Shown here: positions 1 through 14,590 of the stretch, piece after piece
Position numbering within the stretch: the stretch's first letter is position 1
Layout: every line of letters begins with the position of its first letter
Assembly: GCA_951406725.2 (NCBI GenBank)
Contig: OX597827.1
Span: forward strand, 27,218,001 to 27,282,000
DNA from: Octopus vulgaris
Lineage: Eukaryota
Length of the DNA stretch: 64,000 nt
Direction: 5' to 3'
Notes under the pieces: model-generated
What the model saw: only the letters and a program-made list of their open reading frames with translations
Told to the model about the DNA's origin: nothing
The model's database searches: none
Position numbers and translations under genes: made by a program

Positions 1-709
1 ACACACACACACACACACATACACACACACACACAAGCGCGCACACAAACGCAGGAACTGTTAGACATCGGGGCGTGCATACATACATTATAAATGTATG
101 GACAATCGCATCCTATGAATACATCTGCATGTGTGTATGTAAATAAGTATACACGCGTTTGTGCGTATGTATATATATGTAAGTATATCTGTCTGTATTT
201 ATGCAAAGGTGTCTGTATGTGTGTGTGTAGGTGTGGGTGTGGGTGTATTAACGCGCATGCATTGACATACATGATGTTGTCTGTGAATATTGTTATTGAA
301 CAAGTCGGTTATTGGGCCGGCATGTAATCACATTCTGCCTAATCTAGGGTCATTTTTGGCGTCCATTCGTTGTAGATACGAATGAATTTGTTAACCTCGC
401 TATTATTTCTCACTGTGAGCATAGTGATACAACACACGCACACATACATTTATACATACTTAAGTACGTATATATATATGCATATATGCTACGTATGCAC
501 ATGCATATAAACGTACATACGCACATGTATTCGTATATACATTCATTTTTCTTGGGGCAACACGTTCATAGAAACATGATCAGTTCACTTAGAATAAAGA
601 ACTCAAAAGTTAGAAGTCTGAGTATCAATATGTTTAATCATTATTCATGAGTCCAACAAAATATATTTTGTTTCGCCTATACAAACAGACACATAAACAC
701 ATGCGCACA

Positions 710-872
710 CACGACGAGCTCTCACATCGTTTCCGTGTATCAATCCTCTTACAAAGCATTGGTTGGCCCGGGGTTATCATAGAAGACACTTGCTCAAAGG
801 TGTTATACATTGGGACTGAACCCGAAACCTCGTAGTTACAAAACAAATTTCGTAACCACGCAGCCATGCCTG
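710..872 (-). mobile_element. SINE family A, 5' half (tRNA-like head and core), decayed
   Basis: Reverse complement resembles the head and core of the copies at 18840, 29989 and 62515 (GGCTGCGTGGTT...GGTTCAGTCCC...GCAAGTGTCTTCTA). Confidence 0.75.
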
Positions 873-1134
873 TGAAGGCGCTTATTTTCCGTTTTGTATT
901 CGTTGTCTTTTTTTTGTGTGGGTGTTTATGGTTTTTGTGGTTGAGTTTCGAAAATGTCAGAGAAGGGCGTTTGTTTAATGCTGCAGTGTGGAAATAGAAT
1001 CTGAAGTTATTATAGTGACATGTAGTGTGACATGATCGCTACTATTGTTATTCTACAAACCAGTTCACTTTGATTCTTTTGGGGAGCAGTGAGTCTCGAA
1101 ACACACATACAGCTATGAATATTGGCATATAGAT

Positions 1135-1345
1135 ATTCGTTTCTACTATAGACACAAGGCCTGAAATTTTGGGGGAGGGGATAGTCGATTATATCGATAC
1201 CAGAGCTCAACTGACATTAATTTTATCGACCCCGAAAGGATGAAAGGCAAAGTCGACCTCCGCGGAATTTGAACACAGAACGTAAGGACGAACGAAATGC
1301 CGCTAAGCATTTTGCATGGCGTGCTAACTATTCTGCCACTTCGCT
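1135..1345 (-). mobile_element. SINE family B, near full length
   Basis: Reverse complement has GGCAGAATAGTTAGC (A-box-like), GTTCAAATTCC (B-box), then GGTCGACTTTGCCTTTCATCCTTTCGGGTCGATAAAA, as in the copies at 51380 and 62175. Confidence 0.85.
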
Positions 1346-1439
1346 GCCTGTATCATGTAAATACTGAGCTGAAAAAATACTTTTGCAGAGAAAAAAAAAA
1401 ACGAAGGCTGCCCGTATTAGAAAGCTTGTGTCTACAGGA

Positions 1440-2070
1440 GATGCGGTTTTGTGGCCCACGGGCGCCTTCGATTTTTTTCCAGTCCAACTCAATAATCTAC
1501 ATGCAATTATTTATAAATTTATTCCACGTTTTCTCGAAAATCTAAAAAGTCTTATTTAACTTCAGTTCGTTTTTCGTTAGTGTTGGATATAAATGTTTAC
1601 TAAATTTCTATTTATGAATTTTTGCGAGACCCGTGTGAAGTTGTCTGACACTGAATAGTACAGTGGTTTTTGTGGTTTTGATCTTTTAATTTTGAGGCCA
1701 TGTCTGGTTTTTACAAGGGTGTTTATTTCTGAAGTGTAATCCTTGCATTATTTTCATGTTGCCTTGAGGGGAATATTTTTGTTGATCCGTCTATAATTAT
1801 TTTGTCCAAAGTGTGTTCAGCAACTGTCATATTTGTGATGTTTGTATTGTCTTCCGGAAGCCTTGATTCTAATCCTAAGTGGAAATTCTTATACCGAGAT
1901 TTTTTGAAGTTTCTAAAAGTGTTTTTCTTCATTGATGTATGAGTCTGGTGTAATAATAATCGGTAGGTGGTACCAATATAAAGTTCTGGAAGTATTGGCC
2001 AAATGATTTTGATTGCTAAGAATGTATTGGTCAAAACGTGATGATCAGAGAAGATTGGTTTTATTCATGT
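1440..2070 (-). pseudogene. Decayed non-LTR retrotransposon fragment (end of APE endonuclease and linker; I/Ingi-like)
   Basis: Minus-strand frames give QSSLIITF (like SSPDITF), WPILPEL, HLPIII (like SDHLPI), TFRNFKKS (like FRNFKKANW), KNIPS and KTWNKFIN, broken by frameshifts and stops. Confidence 0.55.
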
Positions 2071-2367
2071 TAATGAGATGTGTGTGTGTGTGTGTGTGTT
2101 TATTGTTGCGGTGATGATGAATTGTCTTCGATGTGAAGGAAGTTCAGTTGTGGTGATATTATATTGTCTCATTCGTTATCTGTTCTATCTAAAAACCAAC
2201 GATGTTGAGTGCATCGGAGCTATTCGAATAGTGATGTTTGTAAGATGGATACAAACTCAAGATTGCCGTAGCTGCTAGAATGTAATATGGGGCGGTTGGT
2301 GAAAATTCATGTGTGTGTGCATGCGTATGTGTGTGTGTGCGCACGCGCATTAATGTCTGTTTTTATG

Positions 2368-2416
2368 TTGAATCGGATGAAGGCTAAGCAGGCTGAAACT
2401 TCGAAGTGACTATCAA
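2368..2416 (+). ncRNA. Degenerate hammerhead-ribozyme-like motif
   Basis: CGGATGA-A-GGCT..AGGCT-GAAAC-TTCGAA-GTG. Palindromic stem III, but core and cleavage triplet are mutated. Confidence 0.35.
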
Positions 2417-3199
2417 TACTAATCTTGTGAAAGAATAACAAATATACGCGTGCGTTCATTATGCACTTCACATTCCAGCATTTAATTTCAGAGACTTTAT
2501 TTTAAGTGTAATGGTGTCTCTTATTATTATTCCTCATATGACAATTGCTAAATCTATATATTGTGTGCAAAAGGAGTTGTCTATCTAGAACTGAGCAGAA
2601 TTCAAAATAGTGACTCCATTGTTTCTCTAGAAACTAGTTTAGCTTCCGTTGTTACTTATTCATACATGATTGTCGTAAATGATGACAATAAATTTTACTT
2701 GCATATTATTGCTTTTTGTCGTTATTTTCATATGGAATTACTTCGTATGGAGGACCGAGGCTCACAAAATCCGAAAGAATTAATTATACGCTGCTCATTG
2801 AATTCTATATTTTATTATGAAGACGTTCTTTTTATTTTTGTAAGAGAGAATGAATTCTGATGATACAATAAGATTTTCGTAATTTCTGCGACGCACAGAT
2901 TGCATGTCTTCGGTAACTGGAAATTGAGTTCAATGCAAATAATATCAGTAAATATAATTTAATTGTTTATAGTTATAATATTTAACAACTTAACAACATT
3001 CATCTCATTCGCTAAATAATACCTTTTTATAATATCGTACCCCTGATTACATATAGAGCCTCTGCTTACCTCATTCGGGTTATCATCCTTATGCTTAACA
3101 CTAAAATCGTAGAGCAATTTAGCAGCTATTCCCTGGATGAAATACAAGCAGAAACAGTTTCAACTGATCGGAGCTAAGACTACATCAAAAAATCTCCTC

Positions 3200-3515
3200 T
3201 TGTAAGTGAATTTGGCAGTCGGAGCCTGTGTGGAAGCCCGTCGTATGAATATGTACATATATATGTGTGTGTGAATGTGTGTGTGAGTGTGTCTGTCTGT
3301 CTGTCAGTGCGTGTGTGATTGTATTTCCTTTCCCATATGCCCAACTGTGTTGGTTTGTCTGTAATTTCGTGGATCGGCGAAAACAGTGAAAAAATATAAG
3401 TATTAGACCTAAAAAAAATACAGAACTACTGGGTTTGATTTGTTCGGCAAAAATCCTTCAAGGCGGTGCTCCAGTATGGCCGCAATCGAATGTTTGAAGT
3501 AAAAGATAAGATATA
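3200..3515 (+). mobile_element. SINE family A, 5'-truncated
   Basis: GAAGCCCGTCGTAT, internal (TG)n, then tail AGGCGGTGCTCCAGTATGGCCGCA...AAAAGATAAGATA. Confidence 0.8.
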
Positions 3516-3892
3516 AGTGTAATACCGCATTGTCTTTATTTATACAAGTATGTGTGTGTTTGTATGTCTGTGTTTGTGTGTGTGCGTGTATGTGTGTGTG
3601 TGCGCGCATATATGTGTACGCGCATGTGTGTATTCAATTGTATATACAAATTGTTATACTTATATATACAAATAGACATATATTTTTACATAAGCATAGA
3701 TATGTATAAGTCTCTCTCTCAGTCTCCTCTCTCACTATATATATATATACACATATATATATATATGCACACGTATTCATGCATACATATATATCCATAC
3801 ATGCCTGCATATATATATCCAAGCATACAAATATGTATAGATATATATAGAAATAGATAGAGAGATAGATAGTTAGATTGTGTGTGTGTGTG

Positions 3893-3944
<52 letters not shown>

Positions 3945-4240
3945 TGCATGCATATAGGTTTGTATGTATGTATGCATGTACGCATGTATGTATGTATGCA
4001 TGTATGTATGAATGTATGTATGCATATGTGTATGTATATGTGCGTGTATATAAATATAAAGTTTCTGCTAATAATAACAATAACAACAACAGCAGTGGTA
4101 ATAAACTGTATAGAAAAAAAAGACATAAAATGAATTTTTAAAAGAAAAAATGAAATAAATTAAGAGCAAAACAATCCCAAGAACAAATTACGAAATCAGT
4201 CGATGATGGAATATTGAAATACATTGAATGGAATTAGTTT

Positions 4241-4272
<32 letters not shown>

Positions 4273-4371
4273 CTTGTAGGATAGAATAATTTCCGAAGAA
4301 CGAAAAATGAAACCAATAAAAATTTGAGAAAACATAAAGGGGGGAAAAAGGAAAAGCGTAAAACGAAAATG

Positions 4372-4429
<58 letters not shown>

Positions 4430-4639
4430 TTGTAGAATTACGAGTTAAAATTCTGAATGGTTAGTAACTTTATTGCATATTAAATCTGCTTCATCTTCCA
4501 TCTTGGTTTTTTTATGTTTTTCTGCCATCACGTGGTGTTGGCCATTTTGTGAAAAGAAATGGCTACTCGCTTATGTTTCTTTCTCATTCTGCTCATTCCT
4601 ATTACACCATCACTCTCTCTTTGTCGCTCTCTCTCTCTA

Positions 4640-4676
<37 letters not shown>

Positions 4677-4914
4677 GCTTCTTTATATCTGTCTATCCCT
4701 GGATGTCTTTATCTTCCAATTTCATTCTGTCCTCCTTTCTTTATTCCACCCAACATATCTGTCTAAAATACTGTTTCTCATCCGGTCCTCCCACCCATAC
4801 CTACTCTGTCATTCACTCCCTCTCTTTCCCCTGTCTCAATGTCTCTTTCTCTCTCTCTCGCGCACTTTCTGTAAATGTGTCTGGGTAGGTATTTCGCTTT
4901 TATCTGATATTTTT

Positions 4915-4950
4915 AGCATTCACCATCATCATCATCATCATTACCATCAC

Positions 4951-4985
<35 letters not shown>

Positions 4986-5133
4986 CCGTCATCAGCATCA
5001 TTATTATCATCATCACCATCATCAAAGTCATCACCATTATTGACATCAACATCACCTCACAACTACCGCCACCACTAGAACTATTGCCCACCCGTTTCAT
5101 TCATTCATCACCACCATCGTCGTCACCATCATT

Positions 5134-5168
<35 letters not shown>

Positions 5169-5285
5169 AACTAACCATCATGATCATTATAATCATCATC
5201 GCCATCAGTCAAATGATACTATTATTAATAAAGAAATTATTATCATCATTATTATTATCATCATCATCATCATTATTATTATAGT
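4915..5285. repeat. (CAT)n/(CAC)n compound microsatellite
   Basis: Visible directly. Confidence 0.95.
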
Positions 5286-5645
5286 TATTAATATCATCCT
5301 CATCATTATTGCTATTGTTTTCTCTTTTATCTATTATTCTATAATGCACAACAGCAACAACAACAACAGTACTTTAACCAGGGTAAAAAAAAGTGCATGA
5401 AAAAGTTATATATATATATATATCTATAAACATGGTCGTCGTTATCATGGTTTTCAATATTAATGTTGTTGTTGTTGTAGTTATCGTTGTTGTTGTGGCT
5501 ATTTTATTGCTATTGAGATTAATAATATTGTTCTTGCTATTTTTGCCGTTTCCTTTATCTTATTTTGTTATATTTTTATTATGTTTCATGTTATTTTTAG
5601 TATTTTCAGCTGTAAAAATTTCCAAAAATATTTTATTTTATCGTG

Positions 5646-5698
<53 letters not shown>

Positions 5699-6376
5699 AC
5701 ATATATATATTGAAATAATTTGTTGTCTGTGCCTGACCTTTTTTGAAAAGCAAACTAATTCGTTAAATCCACATTACCCTGCCAAGCCGTTCCTCACACC
5801 GGCTATCATATCACCCACTTCTCTTTCTATGTAACTCATACCTCTATGTAACTCCCACAACAGCTAAGTCTTCTCTCTCTCTCTTTCTCTCCTTTTCGGT
5901 CTTCTCCCTCTCTCTCACTGTCTGTGTCATTCTTTCTCTCTCTCTCTCCCTCCCATTCTCTGGCTTTTTCTCTCTTATTTCCTCTCTCTGTCTTTCTGTC
6001 TGTCTGTCTCTGTCCCCTCCCTTCTCTTTATGTCTGCCTCTCTCTCCTGCAATCTCCCTCCTGCTCTCTTTCTCCTCCTCCTCTCTCTCTCTCTCCTGGT
6101 CCCTCTCTTTCTTTCTATTTCTCTCTCTCTACCCCTCTCTCTACCCGACTCCTTGAAAGATCTCACTTCAGAGAAAATAAAACAATACCCAAGAGACATA
6201 ATGAGTGTGTGTGTGTGTGTGTGTGTGTGTTTGTGTGTGTATATGTGTGCGTGTGTGTGAGGGAGAGAGAAAGAGAGACAGACACAGACAGACTGAGGGA
6301 AAGTGTATATGCGTTTGTTTGAGTACGTGTTTGTATGTGTGTGCGTGTGCAAGAGAATAAACGGGAGAGTGAGAGT

Positions 6377-6413
<37 letters not shown>

Positions 6414-6914
6414 CCACACACACACACACAGTCACACACAGAAATGGGGTTGTTCTCTGGTTTTCTGGCCGACACAATTGTCTACTTCAAGTTTACTTAC
6501 ATAATAGCTATGTAACAATAATGATTGACAATTATGGAATATACTCACACACACTGCCATGAGTGCATGTGCATACATAATATGTATTTTAAAATATTCA
6601 TATACACACTTTATATGTGCCTCTGTGTGTGCGCGTGTGTACCGTGGGGGAAAGCCTCTGAGGTGGTTGGTCATGATTTGAATGGGTAGATTCGTTTCGA
6701 GCGAGAGTTTTCTTACACTAGCATTAGTGTCATATTATACACTATCTTTAGGATAGCGTGTTAGCGCCGACGGAAACTCGCTTTTCTTTTACATTTGTTT
6801 GTCCTCGATCAAGATTGATCAACGGATCGTAAACACCATCCAGAAGGATCGATCCTCCAACACCCACGGCTTCTTTTAACTACAACCAGAAATATCAACA
6901 TCAAATACTGCATT

Positions 6915-7125
6915 TACTACTACTACTACTACTACAACTACTACTACTTTTACTGTACTATTGTACTACTACTACTACTACTACTACTACAACTACTACT
7001 ACTATTACTGTACTATTGTACTACTACTACTACTACTACTACTATTGTACTACTACTACTGCTACTCCTCCTTTTCCACATCCCTCCTCCTACTACTACT
7101 ACTGCTACTCCTCCTCCTCCTCCTC

Positions 7126-7156
<31 letters not shown>

Positions 7157-7430
7157 CACTGGTCTCAGCTTCACTGTCATTACCACCACCACTACCAACA
7201 CTATCACTTCAGATACCACTACCACATTATCACAACCAAAGCCATTGTCATTTTTCTCCACCACTGCTACCACCATGACCAACATCACCACCACCCCCAC
7301 TCACTCCGCCAACACCATCGCCATAACCATCGCAGCCACCTTCATTGTCAGCGCCACCACCACCACCACCCACAAGTACCACCACCATCACCGCCATCAA
7401 CAACAACTCTTTCTCCCCCACCCCTTACTA
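6915..7430. repeat. (CTA)n/(CAC)n low-complexity tract
   Basis: Visible directly; a similar tract lies at 8155-8820. Confidence 0.95.
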
Positions 7431-7843
7431 TTACTTCTATCGTTAATAGCAGCCATTAAGGCTCCATCAAATCCTTCCGTGACCTCTTCAAAGTAAAAGA
7501 GGCACTGAAGAAAAATATCACTGGTTGTAATAAACGTTGCAATAAAAACAAAACAGTGTCAACAACAAGAACAGGAACAACAACAAAAGTGGGTCAATGA
7601 GTGAGCGATGAAATCTTGTGCTAGAAATAGCAGCCAGATTATCCTCGATTCCATACAATCTTGTGTGAAAAGAGGAAAAGGGAGAAAGGACATTTTGGAA
7701 AATGCATAATATTTACATTAGATACCAGTGCTCAAGAAAACTCGGTCTGTATCTGCTGCTACTAATAAGACTACCGCCAATACTGTCACAACGACGATGA
7801 CCACCACCACCACCACCACCACCACCAGTACTACTACTACTTC

Positions 7844-8150
7844 GTGAAGGCGCGTAGCTTAGTGGTTAGGACATTCGACTCAGAAGATTGTAAGGTCGTG
7901 AGTTCAATTCCGGGCGACGCATTGTGTCTTTTACCAAGAGACTTTATTTCTCATTGCACCAGTCCATTCAGCTGGCAAAAATGAGTTGTACCTGTAATTC
8001 AAAGGGCCAGCTTTGTCACACTCTGTGGTACTCTGAATCTCCCTGAGAACTACGTTAAGGGTTACGAGTGTCTGTGGAGTGCTCTTCACGAGCAGGCTGT
8101 CCTGTTGATGATACCAGCTGGGAACGTCATCGTCGTAACAGACAGAGTGC
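7844..8150 (+). mobile_element. SINE family C (tRNA-like head), near full length
   Basis: A-box TAGCTTAGTGG, B-box GAGTTCAATTCC. The 3' half (TACCTGTAATTCAAAGGGCCAG...GAGAACTACGTTAAGGG...) is shared with 36152-36535. Confidence 0.85.
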
Positions 8151-8172
8151 TCCTCTACTACAACTACTACTG

Positions 8173-8228
<56 letters not shown>

Positions 8229-9299
8229 GCTCCTGCTTGTTTCTAAACTAACAACACCGATGCCACCACCACTCGCAACAACAATGAAATACAACAGCAC
8301 TACCACAAAGTCACAACCACCACCACTTAATACCTCTACCGTCCCCACCACTACTACTAGTACTATAACCACTACCACTATTAGTTATACCACAATCTCT
8401 ACAACCACCAACACTACCACTATCACATATACCACCAACACCACCGTCACCACCACCACCACCACCATCAACAACACCATCACCACCACCACTACCACCA
8501 TCACCTTCAACACCACCATCACCACCCTCACCCTCGACACCAGCATCACCCGCACCACACTACCACCACCATGACCACCATCACCGCCACCACCACCATC
8601 ACCACCATCATCATCACCACCACCAACAACAACAACATCACCATCACCGCCGCCACCACCATCACCACCATCATCATCGCCACCACCACCAACAACAACA
8701 TCACCATCACCACCACCACCACCACCACCATCCTCGACACCAGCAGCACCAGCGCCACTACCATCACCAGCATCCTACCACAACGATCGCCACCGCCACC
8801 ACCACTACCACCACCAGTACTATAATTATCACTATTCTGTACTTATTCACATCGGTCATATATCTTCGGTGTTGACACAGAAACTACCAACGGCAGGCTG
8901 AGACAGTTTGGTGTCTTTAGATTTATTAACAGACTTTGGAAAGGCAAATGTCAAGGCAGCAGAAATCTCTTGTAGGCCCACTACAACAACACACAACCCC
9001 TCGACATACCCTATCAGCCTTCCCGCACGCCTCCGCACACACCACACTCCATACCACCACATTTCACCCCACCACACCAACTCCAACACGCCAACACACT
9101 CCTGCGCACCACATCACAGAGCACCCATACCAATCTGCTGTGATACGCCACGCTTATCACTTCGTCCTCTCTGTACTCTAAAATCTTCCAACCAAGTACT
9201 CACTCAAATTCTCGGGAACCTTCCCTACTCCGGAACAACCGGAAGAAGATCAAGTCTTTGATGTCGAGCCAGCGAAAATGCTATTGGACAGATAGACTG

Positions 9300-9408
9300 A
9301 GGCATAGATGCGTGGTACGAAGCTTGCTTCCCAACTTCATGGTTCTGGGTTCAGTTCCACTGCGTGGCACCTTGGGCAGCTGTCTTTTACACACACGCGC
9401 GCGCGTGT

Positions 9409-9443
<35 letters not shown>

Positions 9444-9680
9444 GGCGCGCGTACGCACACACATATACACAGGAGTGGCTGTGTAGGAAGAAGTTTGCTT
9501 CCCAACCACATGGTTAGGAACGGTGATAGTGTGTTTACATCCTCGTAGCTGAGCGGTTCGGCAAACACAAGACCGATAGAATAAGTACCAGGCTTTGAAT
9601 AATAAGTGCTGGCATTCATTCAGCCAGTGCCCCAGCATGACTGCAGTCTAATGACTGAAACAAGGAGAAGATAAAAAATT
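9300..9680 (+). mobile_element. Two adjacent partial SINE family A copies
   Basis: Heads at about 9300 and 9470; tail CCCCAGCATGACTGCAGTCTAATGACTGAAAC at about 9630-9661. Confidence 0.8.
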
Positions 9681-9813
9681 AAAGCTGCAAACCGTTCGGA
9701 GGGGCCCGGTCGTTCCTTAATTGCGGTTTATGTGGCGCTTGAATAGAATAGTGCCACTAACTGTATATGAACCAAGAATCTCCTGCCGAACAGCTTTCAT
9801 GGAAAGAGCGGCC

Positions 9814-9867
<54 letters not shown>

Positions 9868-9921
9868 GAACACACACACATATACATATATATATATACA
9901 CGCACATATATATACATACAT

Positions 9922-9963
<42 letters not shown>

Positions 9964-10186
9964 TGAGTATATATGCATATGTATATACATTCATGCATAT
10001 ATATATATATATATATATATATGTATACACACACACACCCTTTATTGAGATTTTTTTGCAAAGTTGCAGACGCAAGACCTACCAGTTGAAAGTCCCGCAT
10101 ACAAAGACGCAAGCGATCTTATGGTGTCATCAGTAAAGAATGCGAGCCGTTTATTCTCTCCTGATGACCCCATACAAATATATATG

Positions 10187-10218
<32 letters not shown>

Positions 10219-10227
10219 TGTATGTAT

Positions 10228-10267
<40 letters not shown>

Positions 10268-10582
10268 TTATATACCTATGTGTGTGTATTTGGGAGTGAA
10301 ATAAATAAGAGAAAATAATGAATTGACTTTTAGGAAGAAAACAAAGTAGTTGATAAGAAAGGGCAACAAGGGGTGGTGTTATCGATACCACCATGCAAAC
10401 ATTTACTCTCAACCCCATATGAAGGAGAAGAAAAGGGACGGGTGGAATTTATTTTTACCTTTCCCCCTTTCCATCTATTTCTATCTGCCTATCTGCCTTT
10501 ACTATCTATCTATCGATCTATCGATCAGTCTATTTGCCTACCTATCAGTCTGTCTATACACGCGCGCACACATATACACACG

Positions 10583-10743
<161 letters not shown>

Positions 10744-10794
10744 GATCTATCTACTTTTTTGCCTGTCTGTCTGTAAATCTCTTTCTCTATCTAT

Positions 10795-10826
<32 letters not shown>

Positions 10827-11665
10827 TTATCTATGTGCTTGAAACGAATGACAAAGACAGAAAAGCAAATGAGAAAGCGACGGCGAAAGAAATAAAAAAG
10901 AAGAAATGAGAATGAGAGAGAGAGACAGACAGAGAGACAGAGAGGGAGAGAGCGCGAGAGGAACACCACAGTTACCAAAATCTGAAGCGATAGATTCGGT
11001 GTGGATCACACAGCGACATCAGTTCCGTTGATGACGCAATCACGCAATTTGAAAAGGAAAAAAAAAATAATAAAATATATATATTAATATTAAAATTATT
11101 ACAAGAACAAAAAACAAATGACAACAATAATTAAAAAGACGAACAAGAAGAAGAAGAAGAAGAAGAAGAAGAAGAAGAAGAAGAAGAAGAAGAAGAAGAA
11201 GAATGCAGTAATAACTTATTAGTGAAGAGGGTGGGAGGGTGGTTGGGAGATTATCACAGGAGACAAACAAGTGTCTATGATTTTAAAAACAATGGAAATC
11301 TCTCGCTCACCTTCTCGGTTGTATGGATAACCACTAGGTCTATCGGGGTATGGTGTGTGTGTGTCGTCATTTATAATACATTCGCGGTATACATACATAC
11401 ATATATACATACTCACATACATATACATACATACATACATACATACATACATACACATGCATACATGCATAAACATACACACAGACACATACATACATAA
11501 GCATATATAATGTATTAACATAATCTGTGTTTGTAATTAGGTAAAATATATATATTAATAAACAATGTATTAAAATACATATACATAACTATATATATAT
11601 ATATAAATGTTTGTGTGTGTGTATATATATGTGTATAAATATATATATATACATATATATATATG

Positions 11666-11703
<38 letters not shown>

Positions 11704-11954
11704 TGTATGTATGTATATATATATATATATATTTATATGTATGTATGCACATATATATATATATATTTATATGTATATATATATGTATATGTGTATATAT
11801 ATATATATGTATATATATATGTATATGTATATATATATATATGTATATATATGTATGTATATATATATATATATATATATTTATAAGTATATATATATTT
11901 GTGAGTGTGTGCGTGCATATTATATGTGTGCGTGTATATACATAAATACATGTA

Positions 11955-11991
<37 letters not shown>

Positions 11992-12487
11992 GACGTCAGC
12001 CATCGGCTAATCTAACATTGGTCAGTGAATTGGATAGATAGGCTATTGGGATCTTTTCCCTTTTCCCATTTTACCTCTCTCTCTCTCTCTCTCTCACTCT
12101 CTATCTATCTATCTATCTATCTATCTTACCTTCATTCCTATATATTTGTCTATCTGTGGGCGTGCGTAGTTTGTGCCCCCAACAGCAAAGCAGAGACATC
12201 CGTGTATCAACATTATTCAGTCACAGATTCGGTTGAGAGAGACGGCGGCGGTAATGGTGCTGAAGAGAGTGGTGGTGACGACGTCGACAGCGGCGATAGC
12301 GAATGGTTATGGGCGATGGTGGTTGTTGCCCTGATGATGATGATGATGATGACTGTTGTTGTTGTGGTGCAGGTGGGAGTGGTGATACAGACAAACTTAG
12401 TAATATTGCCGTTGAGCTTTGGTAAGCCCCAAAGAATAACTGACAAAAATCTTTTCGAGCGATCAGGGTATAGATAGACAGACAGAC

Positions 12488-12654
<167 letters not shown>

Positions 12655-13440
12655 GGAATGGGGGCCGTGGGAAATTTAAGAGATCGGCGAACAACAATGT
12701 TGGATAAAATTAAGAGTTTCCGTCTTTTTAAAATTGTCCAACACAATGACAGAGGAAGAATGATTTAAATGAAAATTCTATTTTATTATTTCCTCATCAA
12801 TGAGGACCCCAAAATTTCCCTAATACAGTTCAGTGTAGGGACCTAAAGTCTGTCAATCTGAGAACTTCTGATCTACTGACCCCCTTCGATTTAAGGCACT
12901 GCGATGTAATTTTTTTTTTTGGGGGGGGGGGTATGATTGCTATTTCCATAAGGAACTTCGCTCGTGGGTTCATCTGGACATAATGTTGTTGTTTGTGGTG
13001 ATAGTGGTGGTAACGGTGATGTTGTTGTTGTGGTTAGTAAATGTGTTTAGTCCCAGGTCAGTCACGACATCGAACGTGTAGAAATATTTCCAAACGAGGA
13101 AAACTATCCAGCCGTGGCCATTCTATCTAATTGTCAGAAATGTGTTTGATCAGTTATTAGCAAACTGCGGCCTGGTGGATTTTATGAATTGCACCCGCTA
13201 ACGAAAACAAAAATTACCTTGAATATTTTATTAGTAGTGCGGCCCGCCGTATCATGAGATATGTCATATGTGGTCCGTGTTTTAATAATGGTTGTCCACT
13301 CCTGATAAATTACACTCATAATCATCATCACCACCACCGTTACAACTTATCTTTACCGCCACCACCACCACCACCATCATATTCAGCATCGTCATCAGCA
13401 GTAGCAGTATATTATTGTCCTCATCCTCATCATTATCTCC

Positions 13441-13503
<63 letters not shown>

Positions 13504-13954
13504 GTCATAATCCTTTTTATTCATCATCCTCATCACCATCATCGTTGTCATCGTCGCCATCATCATTATTACGATTTCATCATCATCATCATAATCATCA
13601 CCACCACCATCGCCATCTGATTATCATCATTACCACCACCACTACCATCATCACCCGTTGTAATAATCATGGCGACCACAAACAACCGACGGTGCTAAGG
13701 GAATTGGTGATTTCATGATTTCAACACAGATGTCGCTTTGTTGCCTCATCACGTGCTAACGTAACAAACCGTTCTCTCATCTCATTGCCTTTCTCTCTAT
13801 TTTCCTCTTCTTCATTTCCTCCCCCAACCAATATTTTCCCCCTCGTCATCTCAGCCCCTCCCCCTCATCCAGACTCGCTATATTAAAGCCAGCTGACCAT
13901 ACAACAATGTGTATTATGATCTCTTCCGATGTGTCTGAATTTGTGTTGGTATAC

Positions 13955-13995
<41 letters not shown>

Positions 13996-14009
13996 TATAT
14001 ATGATTGCA

Positions 14010-14225
14010 GTTCGCCATGTTGAATCGCTAGCTTCTGCACGCATTTTTTTCTCTCCTTGTTTCTCTCCGTGTTTCTTTTCTGTGTATCTTTCTGTTGAAG
14101 AGCGTAGGCTCGAAACGTAAAAGACTTGTTTTATTTATATTCCTGAGCACCATACTAATACAATTGTTTGTTTGTACTCCACCTGCCTTCGTCTTTTGTT
14201 TATTTTCATAAAGCTTCCCGTTATA
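14010..14225 (+). mobile_element. Short non-coding PLE pseudo-LTR-like element with hammerhead motif, between (TA)n tracts
   Basis: Homologous to 25811-26000 (minus) and 28170-28290 (minus); contains the hammerhead at 14087-14124. Confidence 0.7.
14087..14124 (+). ncRNA. Minimal type I hammerhead-like motif (variant core CUGUUGA)
   Basis: TCTTT-CTGTTGA-A-GAGC(GTAG)GCTC-GAAAC-GTA-AAAGA: stem I TCTTT/AAAGA, stem II GAGC/GCTC, palindromic ACGT stem III, GUA site. Confidence 0.7.
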
Positions 14226-14285
14226 TGTGATTGTGTGTGTGTATACATATATATATACATATATATATATATATGTATATATATG

Positions 14286-14322
<37 letters not shown>

Positions 14323-14345
14323 GTATATATATACATATATATATG

Positions 14346-14393
<48 letters not shown>

Positions 14394-14459
14394 AGATAAG
14401 AAAATGGAGAAATACATCTAAATCTAATATCTAAGTAAATATAAATATAAGTATAGATT

Positions 14460-14590
14460 ACATCTTACAGCTGTTTCGGCCATGTGGGTAAGTATGTCTC
14501 ATTTTACCAATATTAGCCTTTTATGGTAGGTCAATATATAGATATAAATGAGACATTTACAAAAATATCATAAGGCCTCCTCGGAGATAT
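14460..14590 (-). ncRNA. Hammerhead-like motif with long stem II insertion
   Basis: Reverse complement reads ATATCT-CCGAGGA-GGCC...(ATGTCTCATTT/AAATGAGACAT hairpin)...GGCC-GAAAC-AGCT-GTA-AGATGT. Confidence 0.65.

Noticed and set aside
1723-2034. YIGTT in this ORF as a GIY-YIG motif
   Set aside because: It arises at a frameshift within what reads as an APE SDHLPI-type region, and no GIY-YIG context is present.
7844-7920. tRNA genes at SINE heads (also 18146, 23070, 36460, 59597)
   Set aside because: A/B boxes are present, but there is no complete cloverleaf and each continues into a SINE body.
8068-8825. Thr-rich mucin-like ORFs
   Set aside because: They derive from (ACC)/(CTA) microsatellites, and the first starts inside a SINE.
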